Shown one piece after another: positions 20,158-29,719 of a stretch of 64,000 nt of DNA. Origin of the DNA: an uncultured Cardiobacteriales bacterium (GTDB lineage: Bacteria; Pseudomonadota; Gammaproteobacteria; CAYWWW01). Under the pieces are notes generated by a model that did no database searches, was not told where the DNA came from, and saw nothing but the letters and a program-made list of their open reading frames with translations. The stretch covers positions 11,443 to 75,442 of the forward strand of contig CAYWWW010000001.1 in the NCBI GenBank assembly GCA_964462205.1, read 5' to 3'. Each line of letters opens with the position of its first letter. The stretch's first letter is position 1. Both the position numbers and the translations under genes were made by a program.

Positions 20158-20725
20158 CGGAAATTTCTAAAAATTCACCAGGAAGAAGTGAGGCAAGCTG
20201 CCAAACGGCAACGTGATAACGCACCAGCCGCAGGGTTGGAAAACCACAGGCGGCGGTCATGCGGCGGATTTGCCGATTGCGACCCTCATGAATACAGAGG
20301 CGAAGCCAAGTCGTGGGAATATGTTGCCGAAAACGAATCGGCGGCTCTCGCGGCCACAGGCTCGGTGCTTGCGGTAAAATTTCCGCGACATCGGCCTGCG
20401 CCAGGCCGTCATTGAGCTGCACACCATAGCGCAGTTTTTCCAATACCCCTGCATCGGGCTGCCCCTCGACTTGTACCCAATAGCATTTTTGACAATGAAA
20501 ACGGGGATTGGCCAAGTGGTTGAGCCATTGGCCATTATCTGTCAATAACAGCAAACCTTCGCTATCGAAATCCAGCCGACCGACCACGCGCAAGGCTGGA
20601 TTGGCAAAAAAATCCGCAAGTGTGGTGCGTGGCACCGCAGCGCCTGACGTGTCCACTTCGCGGCGAAATTGACTAAGCACCTGAAAAGGTTTGTTAAAAA
20701 GGAGGAGTACACTCATAGAGGGCAT
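20030..20725 (-). CDS. rluE: 16S/23S rRNA pseudouridine synthase, RluE-like
   Basis: ORF 20030..20845 trimmed to the ATG at 20725. Motifs LLFNKPFQVLSQF, GRLDFDSEGLLLLTDNG and EGRNRQIRRM. The basic C-terminal tail overlaps the next gene. Confidence 0.8.
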   Translation of the reverse strand: MPSMSVLLLFNKPFQVLSQFRREVDTSGAAVPRTTLADFFANPALRVVGRLDFDSEGLLLLTDNGQWLNHLANPRFHCQKCYWVQVEGQPDAGVLEKLRYGVQLNDGLAQADVAEILPQAPSLWPREPPIRFRQHIPTTWLRLCIHEGRNRQIRRMTAACGFPTLRLVRYHVAVWQLASLLPGEFLEISDANAYFASQSFTTQPLSRSRLDKKPLAKAKRRLHSSEFSRRK

Positions 20726-21647
20726 TTTCGAGTTTTTGTAAGGATTGCCAACCCGCACGGGTTTGCGGGAGTAGCGTCCGCAGTTTTTCGGGTGCCGCAC
20801 CGAGATTTTTGCGTAAAAAGACGCTAGGTTCGAGATATTCAACAATGTGCGTTAATTGTTGAAATAAAAGCAGGTCATCCCGATGCCGCGCCAGCGCCTC
20901 ACTCACGCTTTTGGCGGCTTGCCAGGGCAGATATTGAATGGCCTGTTGATTGGCAAGTACCTGATCTAAACTACCAAATTGCTTGATCAATCGCGCAGCC
21001 AAAGCCGGTGTCAGGCCAGGAATGCCGGGGATATTGTCGCTACGGTCGCCTACCAAGGCGAGAAAATCGGCAAAAGCCGTCGGCGGAATGCCAAAACGCC
21101 GCTCAATGCCGCGTGCATCGTAAAGCACGCTTTTCTGAAAATCCCACCAGCGATCCCTTGGGGATTTTATCAATTGCATCAAATCTTTATCGGCAGTTAA
21201 AATCGTCACCGCGATATTTTGCTCGCGCAGTTCACGGGCGAGGTGGCCTATCACATCATCGGCTTCATAGCCTTGGCTGTAAATGACCGGTAAACCGAGT
21301 AATTCCAGCAACATTTGACAATCTTGCAGATGTTGACGCAAGGCGGGCGCGGTGGGTGGACGATTGGCTTTATAGGCGGGAAAGAGTTGTTGCCGATAGG
21401 CGCGGGATTGGGGTCCATCAAAAATAAATTGCACCGGATGCGGTCGGGCGACCTGCAAAATACGGGCGATAAGTTCCGAAAAACTGGTCAGTGCCTGTTC
21501 CTGCACCGCGCCGGCGAGGTCATGGTAATGCGGCGTTACCTGCCACACGCCGAAGGCGTACACATTGGTGTCTATGAGATAGCAGCGTGCTTTTGTCACA
21601 GTGGTCGCAAATAAAAAAAAGCCAGTGTAAACCAAGCGCGACGACAC
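20694..21647 (-). CDS. xni: 5'-3' exonuclease / flap endonuclease (Xni/ExoIX-like)
   Basis: Motifs YLIDTNVYAF, GYEADDVIG and VGDRSDNIPGIPGL. The start is uncertain: GTG at 21647, or GTG at 21599. Confidence 0.8.
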   Translation of the reverse strand: MSSRLVYTGFFLFATTVTKARCYLIDTNVYAFGVWQVTPHYHDLAGAVQEQALTSFSELIARILQVARPHPVQFIFDGPQSRAYRQQLFPAYKANRPPTAPALRQHLQDCQMLLELLGLPVIYSQGYEADDVIGHLARELREQNIAVTILTADKDLMQLIKSPRDRWWDFQKSVLYDARGIERRFGIPPTAFADFLALVGDRSDNIPGIPGLTPALAARLIKQFGSLDQVLANQQAIQYLPWQAAKSVSEALARHRDDLLLFQQLTHIVEYLEPSVFLRKNLGAAPEKLRTLLPQTRAGWQSLQKLENALYECTPPF

Positions 21648-21760
21648 GCCTACCGCTTTTCCTTAGGCGCTGCCTGTGCTGTGCAACGGACTTGAAGGCG
21701 CTGAATAAGTTATTTTATTTTTTAGCGATTATTAAAGTTTTGACATAAAAATTGCCTCCC

Positions 21761-22408
21761 TCACACCACCCCCGCCACACTGGTCATGATCTTGCTCACG
21801 CCGCGCATGGCGGCTTGTATCGGCAGCGGTAGCGCTTCGCCACCAGCGGTGCGTGCGTCATCCCGATGCCGGGCTTCGTCGTCCTGCATGGTGGCCAAAA
21901 TCGCCCGACTTTTTGCATCTTGTGCGGGCAAGCGTTCCAGATGGCCTTGTAAATGCGCGACAACTTGCCGTTCGGTTTCGGCGACAAAGCCCAAACTCCA
22001 GCGGTCGCCTGCTGCGCCAGCGCTCGCGCCCATGACAAATGCCCCCCAATACCACAGCGGTTGTAATAGACTTGGCTGACTATTGACTTCGGCCAAGCGT
22101 TCGGCGCACCAGGCGAGATGGTCGTTTTCTTCGCGACTGGCCTGCTGCATTTTTTCGCGTACTTGCGCGAGCTTGGCGGTGAGCGCTTGGCCGTGATATA
22201 GCCCTTGCGCGGCGATTTCCCCGGCATGATTGATACGCATCAAGGCGGCAACCTGTTGTTTTTCTTGCGCAGATAACTCGGCTTCGGGGAGTTCTGCCGC
22301 TGGATTCGGACGCTCGGCAACGCTTGGTGCCAATAAAACCTGCAAGGCTTGATCAAGCACTTGCAGGAAGGGATCAAAAACTTGTGGCTGACGCATGAGT
22401 TTCTCCAA
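21761..22408 (-). CDS. coq7: demethoxyubiquinone hydroxylase (di-iron Coq7 type)
   Basis: 215 aa with MRINHAGEIAAQGLY and E..H repeats (REENDHLAW, DDEARH). Confidence 0.88.
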   Translation of the reverse strand: MEKLMRQPQVFDPFLQVLDQALQVLLAPSVAERPNPAAELPEAELSAQEKQQVAALMRINHAGEIAAQGLYHGQALTAKLAQVREKMQQASREENDHLAWCAERLAEVNSQPSLLQPLWYWGAFVMGASAGAAGDRWSLGFVAETERQVVAHLQGHLERLPAQDAKSRAILATMQDDEARHRDDARTAGGEALPLPIQAAMRGVSKIMTSVAGVV

Positions 22409-22434
22409 TAGTAAAAATAAAAAAATGAAATTTG

Positions 22435-23658
22435 CTATAAGTTATTGATATTACTTTGACGCATTTTGGTGGCTGCCAATTTTTCAGCAATAAAAACTAA
22501 GGGATGCTGTACTGTCAACGGCGCGTCCAAGGTATGACTTTTTGCCAAGGCACCCCAATGCAGGGCGCAGCCGATATTACTGGTCAATAAATTTTTATAA
22601 ATGCGTGTGTTATCTTTGTCAGTTGGTCGCGTTTGCCACAGCGCTTGGCCGAGCTTTTTGGCCATGCCGGGCTGTTTCAAAAAATAACTCCCCGCCGCGC
22701 CACAGCAGCCTGCTGGTAATTGCGGCAGTTTTTCCAAGTGGTTACGCAATAATTGACCGCCGCGTTGTTCCTGCGAACAGGGGATATGCAACAGCGTATC
22801 CTTCGGCCAGTCGTCGAGGTCGGCAATTTGCTGACAAAAATTTTCCTGCTCCAATAAAAAAATTAGTAAATCCTTGACGTTAAAATTAAAAGTTTCATTT
22901 TTGGCTTGATATTGCAAATACTGACCACAACCGCTATCTAAAGTCAAAACTGCCGTGAGCTTAGGCAATATTGCCGCGAAAGCCGCTTGATTTTGCTGTT
23001 GACAAGCCACAGCGCTCGCTACATTGCCGCAATGTGCCGCTAATGCCCCGCAACAGCCTTGCGCTTCAGGAATATGCACGGCAAAACCTTGTTTTTGCAG
23101 CATCTCAATGCCGGCAGCCAAGACCTCGCCTTGCCATAAACGGCTGACACAACCCAAGAAAATCGCTACTTCGCCTTTTTCAGTGCCTTCGGCGGGATAA
23201 AAATTTTGGTAGCGCATGGGTTTTTCCGGCAAAGCGCTGATTTTTTTGATATAAGGTAAATTTTTGACCATAGGCCGCAACCATGGCCAAACTCTTTGTA
23301 AACGCTTGGGTTTTTCCAAAAACCATTGGCCAAGATTTTCAAGCCAAACCATGGCTGAAAACCATTGTTTTGGTCGCTGTAAGGCGCGAAATGTGTCCAA
23401 AATCTCGATATAAGGCACTTCGGCAGGACAAACGCTTTCACAGCGACCGCAACCCAGACAGCGGTCAAGCGCCGATAAATCCCGCTCCCGCAAAAGGTGC
23501 AGCGTTTCAGCACGCATCAGGCTTAATCGGCCACGCGGCGAGTCAGGTTCTTGTTTTTGAAGATTATAGGTTGGGCAATGCGGCAAACACAGGCCACAGA
23601 GTACGCATTGGTCGGTTTTGGCGATCAGGCGCTTGGTCAAGTCAGAAGATTTCGACAT
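22435..23658 (-). CDS. (Fe-S)-binding oxidoreductase subunit, GlcF-like with CCG domains
   Basis: ORF trimmed to the ATG at 23658. Two 4Fe-4S motifs ([24 protein letters not shown]) plus Cys-rich CCG repeats ([13 protein letters not shown]). No glcD/glcE is adjacent. Confidence 0.75.
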   Translation of the reverse strand: MSKSSDLTKRLIAKTDQCVLCGLCLPHCPTYNLQKQEPDSPRGRLSLMRAETLHLLRERDLSALDRCLGCGRCESVCPAEVPYIEILDTFRALQRPKQWFSAMVWLENLGQWFLEKPKRLQRVWPWLRPMVKNLPYIKKISALPEKPMRYQNFYPAEGTEKGEVAIFLGCVSRLWQGEVLAAGIEMLQKQGFAVHIPEAQGCCGALAAHCGNVASAVACQQQNQAAFAAILPKLTAVLTLDSGCGQYLQYQAKNETFNFNVKDLLIFLLEQENFCQQIADLDDWPKDTLLHIPCSQEQRGGQLLRNHLEKLPQLPAGCCGAAGSYFLKQPGMAKKLGQALWQTRPTDKDNTRIYKNLLTSNIGCALHWGALAKSHTLDAPLTVQHPLVFIAEKLAATKMRQSNINNL

Positions 23659-23797
23659 GGTTTTTCGGTCGCTTAAAAATTTTTTCAGTATAAGCAGCGC
23701 CAGCCGAGAAAACGAGTGCCGCGTACATGAAGAAAGTACTTGTTCAAGTGGAAAATATCCGTTAGCATCAGCGCTTTTTTCACGATTCAAGCCAGCT

Positions 23798-24229
23798 ATG
23801 AAAACAGTGAGCGCCAAGCCGCACGAAGTGATCCACAAATGGTATATCATTGATGCGGAACAAAAAGTTTTAGGTCGTTTGGCAACGACCATTGCCTATC
23901 ATTTGCGCGGCAAGCATAAGCCAATTTACACGCCGCATGTGGATACCGGCGATTATATTGTGGTGATCAATGCCGATAAACTTCGCGTTACCGGCAATAA
24001 ATTCCACGACAAACTCTATCGCCACCACACCGGCTTTCAAGGTGGACTCAAAACCTTCACTTTTGAAAAACTGATGGAGCGCGATAATCTCCGCGCTTTG
24101 GAATTGGCGGTTAAAGGCATGTTGCCGAAAAATCCCCTGGGGCGTGCCATGTATAAAAAAGTCAAAATCTACGCCGGTGCCACGCATCCCCATGCCGCGC
24201 AAGCACCAGAACCCTTAGAACTCAACTAA
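23798..24229 (+). CDS. rplM: 50S ribosomal protein L13
   Basis: 143 aa from the ATG at 23798. N-terminus [30 protein letters not shown]. Confidence 0.95.
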   Translation: MKTVSAKPHEVIHKWYIIDAEQKVLGRLATTIAYHLRGKHKPIYTPHVDTGDYIVVINADKLRVTGNKFHDKLYRHHTGFQGGLKTFTFEKLMERDNLRALELAVKGMLPKNPLGRAMYKKVKIYAGATHPHAAQAPEPLELN

Positions 24230-24237
24230 TTGAGGAT

Positions 24238-24633
24238 ATGCCGATGAGAGAACAAAACTATGGCACCGGTCGGCGGAAAAGTTCGACGGCACGGGTGTTT
24301 TTGCGTCCAGGCAATGGCCAGATTGTCATCAATAAACGCAGCATTGACGAATATTTTGGCCGCGAAACCGCACGCATGGTGGTGCGTCAACCGTTAGAAC
24401 TTTTAGAAGTTTCTGAAAAATTTGATCTTTATGTAACCGTCGCTGGTGGCGGCAATACCGGTCAAGCCGGTGCCATTCGGCATGGTTTGGCGCGTGCTTT
24501 GGTGGAATATAATGAAGATTTCCGTCGTCCCTTGCGTCAAGCCGGTTTCTTAACCCGCGATGCGCGAAAAGTGGAACGGAAAAAAGTCGGTTTGCACAAA
24601 GCGCGTCGCGCAACGCAGTTTTCTAAGCGTTAG
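24238..24633 (+). CDS. rpsI: 30S ribosomal protein S9
   Basis: 131 aa with [12 protein letters not shown] and the C-terminus [11 protein letters not shown]. Confidence 0.95.
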   Translation: MPMREQNYGTGRRKSSTARVFLRPGNGQIVINKRSIDEYFGRETARMVVRQPLELLEVSEKFDLYVTVAGGGNTGQAGAIRHGLARALVEYNEDFRRPLRQAGFLTRDARKVERKKVGLHKARRATQFSKR

Positions 24634-24657
24634 TTTCTAAATTATCTAGTATTTTTA

Positions 24658-24700
24658 CCGCTGCATTAAGGTATATCTTAGCAGCGGATTTTCTGATTTG
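24658..24700 (+). terminator. possible rpsI terminator hairpin
   Basis: CCGCTGC - 16 nt loop - GCAGCGG followed by ATTTTCTGATTT. The loop is long, so only moderate confidence. Confidence 0.4.
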
Positions 24701-24750
24701 AACACACACTACTGAATTATCATTAAATTTCTTTTACAGAAGCAGGTAAT

Positions 24751-26247
24751 TTATGATGAAAATAATCTAGTGCTACGGTTGTTAAGTGCGAATTCCGCTA
24801 CTATATGTTCAGGAATCGGAAGCGTTTTCAGATTTCCAGGCTCAACTTTTATAGCTCCTGAACCATAGCTTTTACCAACGCGTTTTAAGTTTTCTAACGT
24901 GTCTGGATGATTTAATGCTTTCCAAAGATTATCAATATATTCTTGGTCGTCATAGATAGGATAAACACAAAGAAAACCTGTTAATGGTAATACCCCTGCC
25001 TCATTTTTAATAAACCTTGTATTTCGTCTGCCGAGATAAGCAAACAGTAATGGTGGAACTTTACGTTGTTCCATTTTATACCAAGGGTTACGTTGTTGAA
25101 TAAGTGAACGTGACGGAAGTCCCATTTCTTCACCAACTTTCAAATAGTCTTTTATTGACTTTGGGTAAAGCTTCTGTCTGTTTATTGATAGCAAATATGT
25201 CGGACGATTCGCTTTGTCTAATTTTTCAATATCTCTTAAAGTCAAGATACTTTCTGTTGCATCTTTCGTCCTCCCAACTGCTCTTTTGAGAAACTCAGTA
25301 GGAATATTTAGTTCTTTGACTTGTTGAGATGTCAAAAAGAAAAATTCATTTGAACCTGTCGCTATGCCTCTCATAACATTGGCAAAGTCATTCAAGTAAA
25401 ATTTAAAATTATTATGATTTTGTTGAGGTCTTGATAAACCTATTGTCAAGGCTTCTGTGAGTTGGCGAATGATTATTTCTAAACTGTCTGTCTGTTGTTT
25501 CTTAAAATTAGATGAAATAAAGTTAAATAAATCTAATGAATATGCCTCATTAGTTTTCACCCAATACAATGTTTTTTGCGGCTTGCTATTCCTAATCATA
25601 AAAATAATTGCATTGGTATCAATATTTGGAAAGGGCGTAGCCTTTCCATCAAAGGTAACTACACATTCAAGGCAAAATTTTTCGGAAATCCACTTCCACA
25701 AATTCTTGGCAAATTTTCCCTCACAAGTATCCGCTGGCATAATAAAAGCAAGTTTGCCATTTTGCTCCAAAAGATTTAATGCCTGAATTAGAAAATAAAT
25801 GTGATACCCCGCTCTGCCGTCTATTGAATTTCCTGTTATTGATGTTGAAATTTTCTTAAGAAGCAATTTGGTTTCTTCATCAATCCTGTGATGCCTTATA
25901 TAAGGGGGATTTGCAACAATTGCCTTGAATTTTCTATTTGGTGGATTTTTAATAAAATCTCTTTTCTCAACAAAGCATTTTTCTTTTTTATAAATCTCAT
26001 CTGATAAAACATCAGGGTCAATATCTGTCCCGAAAAAGGAAACATCTTTTTTGTTGAGTTTTAACAATGCTTCATAAAATGCACCTCTGCCTGTTGCAGG
26101 GTCAAAAACCAAGTCTGTGTTTTCTGACACATAAGCCATCATTGCCTCTGCTACCCAACTCGGTGTCCAAAACTGGCCTTTGTCACGAAGAATTTCTCTT
26201 TCGTTCCACTCGGTTGGCAGTTTCTGATGTGATTTTAACTTTCCCAT
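24751..26247 (-). CDS. N6-adenine DNA methyltransferase, gamma class (type II)
   Basis: 498 aa with motif I DPATGRGAFY and motif IV IVANPPYIRHH. Long C-terminal target-recognition region. AT-rich relative to its neighbours. Confidence 0.88.
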   Translation of the reverse strand: MGKLKSHQKLPTEWNEREILRDKGQFWTPSWVAEAMMAYVSENTDLVFDPATGRGAFYEALLKLNKKDVSFFGTDIDPDVLSDEIYKKEKCFVEKRDFIKNPPNRKFKAIVANPPYIRHHRIDEETKLLLKKISTSITGNSIDGRAGYHIYFLIQALNLLEQNGKLAFIMPADTCEGKFAKNLWKWISEKFCLECVVTFDGKATPFPNIDTNAIIFMIRNSKPQKTLYWVKTNEAYSLDLFNFISSNFKKQQTDSLEIIIRQLTEALTIGLSRPQQNHNNFKFYLNDFANVMRGIATGSNEFFFLTSQQVKELNIPTEFLKRAVGRTKDATESILTLRDIEKLDKANRPTYLLSINRQKLYPKSIKDYLKVGEEMGLPSRSLIQQRNPWYKMEQRKVPPLLFAYLGRRNTRFIKNEAGVLPLTGFLCVYPIYDDQEYIDNLWKALNHPDTLENLKRVGKSYGSGAIKVEPGNLKTLPIPEHIVAEFALNNRSTRLFSS

Positions 26248-27181
26248 CAGAGTTGGTTTAAAACGTTAATTGCTTCGTCAGCAATAGTTAAAGAACCGCC
26301 TTCAAATTTCACATAGGGCAAAATGTGTCCGTTTTTGTCTTCTATGAACGCAGGAATTAAGAGGTCTTTCACTTGCTATTCCAAGCGGGTAGGCATAATG
26401 ATAGTAATACTTATAGATAGCCTTTTTAGTCGTTGCACCACCAGGAGCTTGAAAAACTTGTTCAGTTGGAAGAATTAGTCCTTCTGAAACCAAGCGTTGT
26501 GCCTCGTCAAAAGAAAGTCCATAAGCTCTGTCAAAGAAAACATGCCAAACGTGAATGGGGATTTTGTTTTCATCTTGCCATTTGTTTAGAGGAATTCTGT
26601 CTTCCTCTTTAATAATAACTGTTGGCAGAACCGCAGTTTTTGCAAGTCCCATTTTACCACCAAGCCGTTTTTGTGCTTTCATCGCGGTTTTATAGTTAGG
26701 CATTTTCTCCGCAACCCATAGGGAGTTTTCACATTCCACAGCAATAACTGCTTTGAACCATAGGTTGCAGTTTATCCTCTGTTATAAATGGAAGTTCTTC
26801 TTCGCCTCCGATTTGATTTAAAAAGTCGTCAACAAACGCTTTGTCGGAGTTTTTGAAAACTAAAAGGTCTGGGCGTTTAATATTGCCAAGTCCCGCAGCC
26901 TCTAAACGTTCAAAATATAATTCAAATGCTCTAACGTCATTTGTTGGTGCTGTTCCACTAGGTCCATAAGCAATTGCATAAAATTTACCTGTTTTATTAA
27001 CAGCTTCAATCAGTCGTTTCTCACTCCATACGCCTTGTGACCACCTCATTAAGAAGTCGCTTCCACGCAATTTTCTTGGGTTGAGCAAAAAGTCAGTCCA
27101 AGTTATTTCTGTAATACCTCTTAGTTCAAGTTCAACATTTTCTGTTGAAACTGACAGAGTTTTTTCAAACAGATGCGTCAT
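26247..27181 (-). pseudogene. cognate restriction endonuclease remnant, split over three reading frames
   Basis: Frame 1 runs 27181..26729 (..RPDLLVFKN..). Frame 2 runs 26783..26302 (..KAVIAVECENSLW..). Frame 3 runs about 26375..26247 (VKDLLIPAFIEDKNGHILPYVKFEGGSLTIADEAINVLNQL) and ends in TGATG, overlapping the methyltransferase start. Confidence 0.7.
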
Positions 27182-27399
27182 TTTTAATCTCTGAAAGTTA
27201 CTTTTTTAGTTAGCAGAAAGTTAGTGTTGCAACATAAAATCCATAGCATTAGATGTTTATTAGCGGCTTTTGGCAAGTTATCACATTCCTGAGAAGAATC
27301 GAACATCTTAATGCCTTGCGCCAAGGAGGGTCGCCGTGATTTCGCGATATTTCTTGGGTGCAGTACATTGATGTTCAATTCAACTTTGGAATGGCTATA

Positions 27400-28677
27400 T
27401 TAATTAATCCAAATCGCAAAACCAAAGAAATTTCCTTCAAAAACATTTAATAAGCGTTGCCAAGTTTCGGCTTGACTGCGCCGACCTTCTTTCAAATAGG
27501 GCAGTGCATCTTTACCTTGATAAAGCAAAAAGGGATCTAAGACTTTCGGCGGCTTGGCAAAGAATAAAGCTAAATCAAAGCCATATTTTTCTTCTACCCG
27601 CCAATGGCCTAAAAGTTTTTTGCCGCTTAATAACGCCTCGCTTTCCTTTAAGATATTTTCCCAGGCTTGATATTGTTCGCTGCTGACTTGTGCGCCCAAA
27701 GCCGATTTTTGCCGAGGATTGGGCAGCCATTCCCGATCATCATCGCTTTCTTGGCCTAAGGCTTTGAGCATGAGGCGACTGTTTTTTATCATCGCCAAAA
27801 GCTGCACTGGAACGTTTTGCCAGCGTTCCGGCTCGCTGATAGGAAAGCGCAACTGGCTGGCAGTGGCAAGTAAATCAATAATTTGTGCTGAATCAGTAAA
27901 GCCCGCGCCTGATGATAAGTTTTTATTGGGAAGATAAAAAGGGTTTTGCGTCCAAGTGGTTATAGCTTGCGGAAACAGCCATGGCGCAATGATTTCAAAA
28001 ATTGGCCGACCATCCAAAGCCAAAAGAAAATCGGTCATTGCTAACAACAAATGTGTATAAGCCTTGAGCCAAAAACCATCGGCGGCATCGAGATGTAGGG
28101 TTAAATTGGCAAGGTCATTTCTGCCAGTAAGATTTTGATAAATTTCGCTTAATTTTATTACCTCGGTATCCGCCAAAGGTAGCGTAATGTTTTGTAAGTC
28201 AAGGGCGATTTTGAAATCGCTCGCGCCTTGAAAATCAGCCAGTGCTTGATTGGCCTGATCAATTTTTTCCTGAAAATGCAACAGCATGACACGCACATCC
28301 TCGGCTTTGACCGTTTCGGGATTCGGATGCACTGGCACCGGCAGGCGTAAAAATGGCAGGCGATTACCAAAATCTTGATTTCCCAAGCCAAAGCGATAAT
28401 TATCCTGTGCCAAACCCGCAACTGCTTCTAGGGTAAAGGTCAAGGCCAAAGCCAGGCGGTCGCTATCCTGCAACGGGTCTTTGGCTTGGTAATGGGTGAT
28501 GGCTTCAGAAAAATTTCCTTCACTAAGAAAAACTTGCAGTTCAGTATCCACAACTGGCGTGGTAGCCACGGCGGCGGCCATAAGCAGATTGGTGAGAAAT
28601 TCCGTTGGTGATAAAAAAGGCGGCATCATTTCCTCGCAAAAAAACTTGAGACTAGCCGAAAGTGCGCTTGACTTCAA
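27400..28677 (-). CDS. hypothetical protein, 425 aa, no recognisable domain
   Basis: Long ORF with normal composition and codon usage. An alternative start is near 28629 (MMPPFLSPTEF...). No motif that I can assign. Confidence 0.6.
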   Translation of the reverse strand: MKSSALSASLKFFCEEMMPPFLSPTEFLTNLLMAAAVATTPVVDTELQVFLSEGNFSEAITHYQAKDPLQDSDRLALALTFTLEAVAGLAQDNYRFGLGNQDFGNRLPFLRLPVPVHPNPETVKAEDVRVMLLHFQEKIDQANQALADFQGASDFKIALDLQNITLPLADTEVIKLSEIYQNLTGRNDLANLTLHLDAADGFWLKAYTHLLLAMTDFLLALDGRPIFEIIAPWLFPQAITTWTQNPFYLPNKNLSSGAGFTDSAQIIDLLATASQLRFPISEPERWQNVPVQLLAMIKNSRLMLKALGQESDDDREWLPNPRQKSALGAQVSSEQYQAWENILKESEALLSGKKLLGHWRVEEKYGFDLALFFAKPPKVLDPFLLYQGKDALPYLKEGRRSQAETWQRLLNVFEGNFFGFAIWIN

Positions 28678-28931
28678 AGGATTTTTTACTGTCAGCGCTG
28701 ATTTTCCGTATCTGCTGCGCTGGTGTTTTTTTGGCTATTGGGTGGTTGGTTTTCTTTATGCTGCGGTCTTTGGGGCAGAAATGCCAGGCGCGAAGCACTT
28801 GATTATGAACTTTTCTGCTTGAGTCAAAGGTTTCTCAAAAGCTTATTTGATAAAATCCCCTTTATCAGCAAGCTCAGGCGAAAAGTTCTGATTGGCTTGC
28901 TCAATGGTGTAATTCTCTATAAAGTTCTGAG

Positions 28932-28959
28932 TACTGTTTTAGTGCAAGATAAAACAGTA
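28932..28959. promoter_or_regulatory. perfect 10-bp inverted repeat upstream of the Cys-rich secreted protein gene
   Basis: TACTGTTTTA - 8 nt - TAAAACAGTA, about 78 nt upstream of the ATG at 29037. Confidence 0.35.
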
Positions 28960-29036
28960 TGTTAGCATCTTTACATTTTTATCGTTTGGTGTGGGTGTAT
29001 TTTTAATAAATGGTAAATAACTATGGATGTTTATCA

Positions 29037-29477
29037 ATGAGAGCGTTGGCTATTCTGTTAGGTTCTATTCTGTTTGCAATGGTTATGTTTGCAACGCCTG
29101 TTTTGGCTACCGACTTTCAACTATCAGATGCTGACCATACTTGTCCATCAGGTTATCAATTGATGACTGTTCAGGAAGCGACTGCCAATAAAGCTAAAAT
29201 CTGTCAGCAGCTGGGGCAGTGGGATATTCGGCGGCTGGCTGGTGGCGGGTCAATGGATGGTTCTGGTTATGATTGCAAAATACGTTCAGCGGATGAACGT
29301 GCGCTTGGTGGCTCTATTTGTATGGTGGCAAGAAGTGCCAGTTGCTATTGGATGCAAAGTGCTCCTCCCTATGCTTGGCTTCCTGCTCCCCAGGGTGACA
29401 TGTCTAAAGCACAGTGTTTCAATCTTGATAGTTGTGATGGTGGTAAAGGTATGTCCGGTGGTGGTTGCTATAAATGA
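29037..29477 (+). CDS. secreted cysteine-rich protein, unknown function
   Basis: ORF 29010..29477. The likely start is the ATG at 29037, giving signal peptide MRALAILLGSILFAMVMFATPVLA. The mature part has 10 Cys. A strong terminator follows. Confidence 0.65.
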   Translation: MRALAILLGSILFAMVMFATPVLATDFQLSDADHTCPSGYQLMTVQEATANKAKICQQLGQWDIRRLAGGGSMDGSGYDCKIRSADERALGGSICMVARSASCYWMQSAPPYAWLPAPQGDMSKAQCFNLDSCDGGKGMSGGGCYK

Positions 29478-29547
29478 GCAACGAGTCCAACAGCTAGTCG
29501 CGAAGCTTGGTAATGCGGTAACTTGATATTCTGAATCGTTTCCCATG

Positions 29548-29581
29548 AACTCCCATGTTTTCTAACATGGGAGTTTTTTTA
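29548..29581 (+). terminator. intrinsic terminator
   Basis: AACTCCCATGTT-TTCT-AACATGGGAGTT, a perfect 12-bp stem, followed by a T-run. Confidence 0.9.
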
Positions 29582-29719
29582 TGCGAAAGGAGCAAAGGAA
29601 AGCGCACAGTTTTGATATTTTTACAATTTTTATAATTACTTATAAAATATTGGCAAGTAAAAAAAGCCATTTTATAAAACCTTTTTTATTCAATAAACAT
29701 AGATCACTGGAGTCTAAAA

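Noticed and set aside
22435-23892. Long N-terminal extensions of several track ORFs. These are the GlcF-like gene to 23892, rplM from 23618, cysQ from 10217, rpmB from 53092, trmL to 8322, ArsR from 4674, exeA from 41354 and the 54525 ORF.
   Set aside because: The extensions overlap neighbouring genes or promoters and lack family-typical N-termini. Internal ATGs with an RBS reproduce canonical protein starts, so the coordinates were trimmed.
27184-27378. 64-aa ORF between the 425-aa gene and the endonuclease remnant.
   Set aside because: It has no RBS or recognisable motif, and lies in the AT-rich probable promoter region of the R-M operon. It was treated as non-coding.
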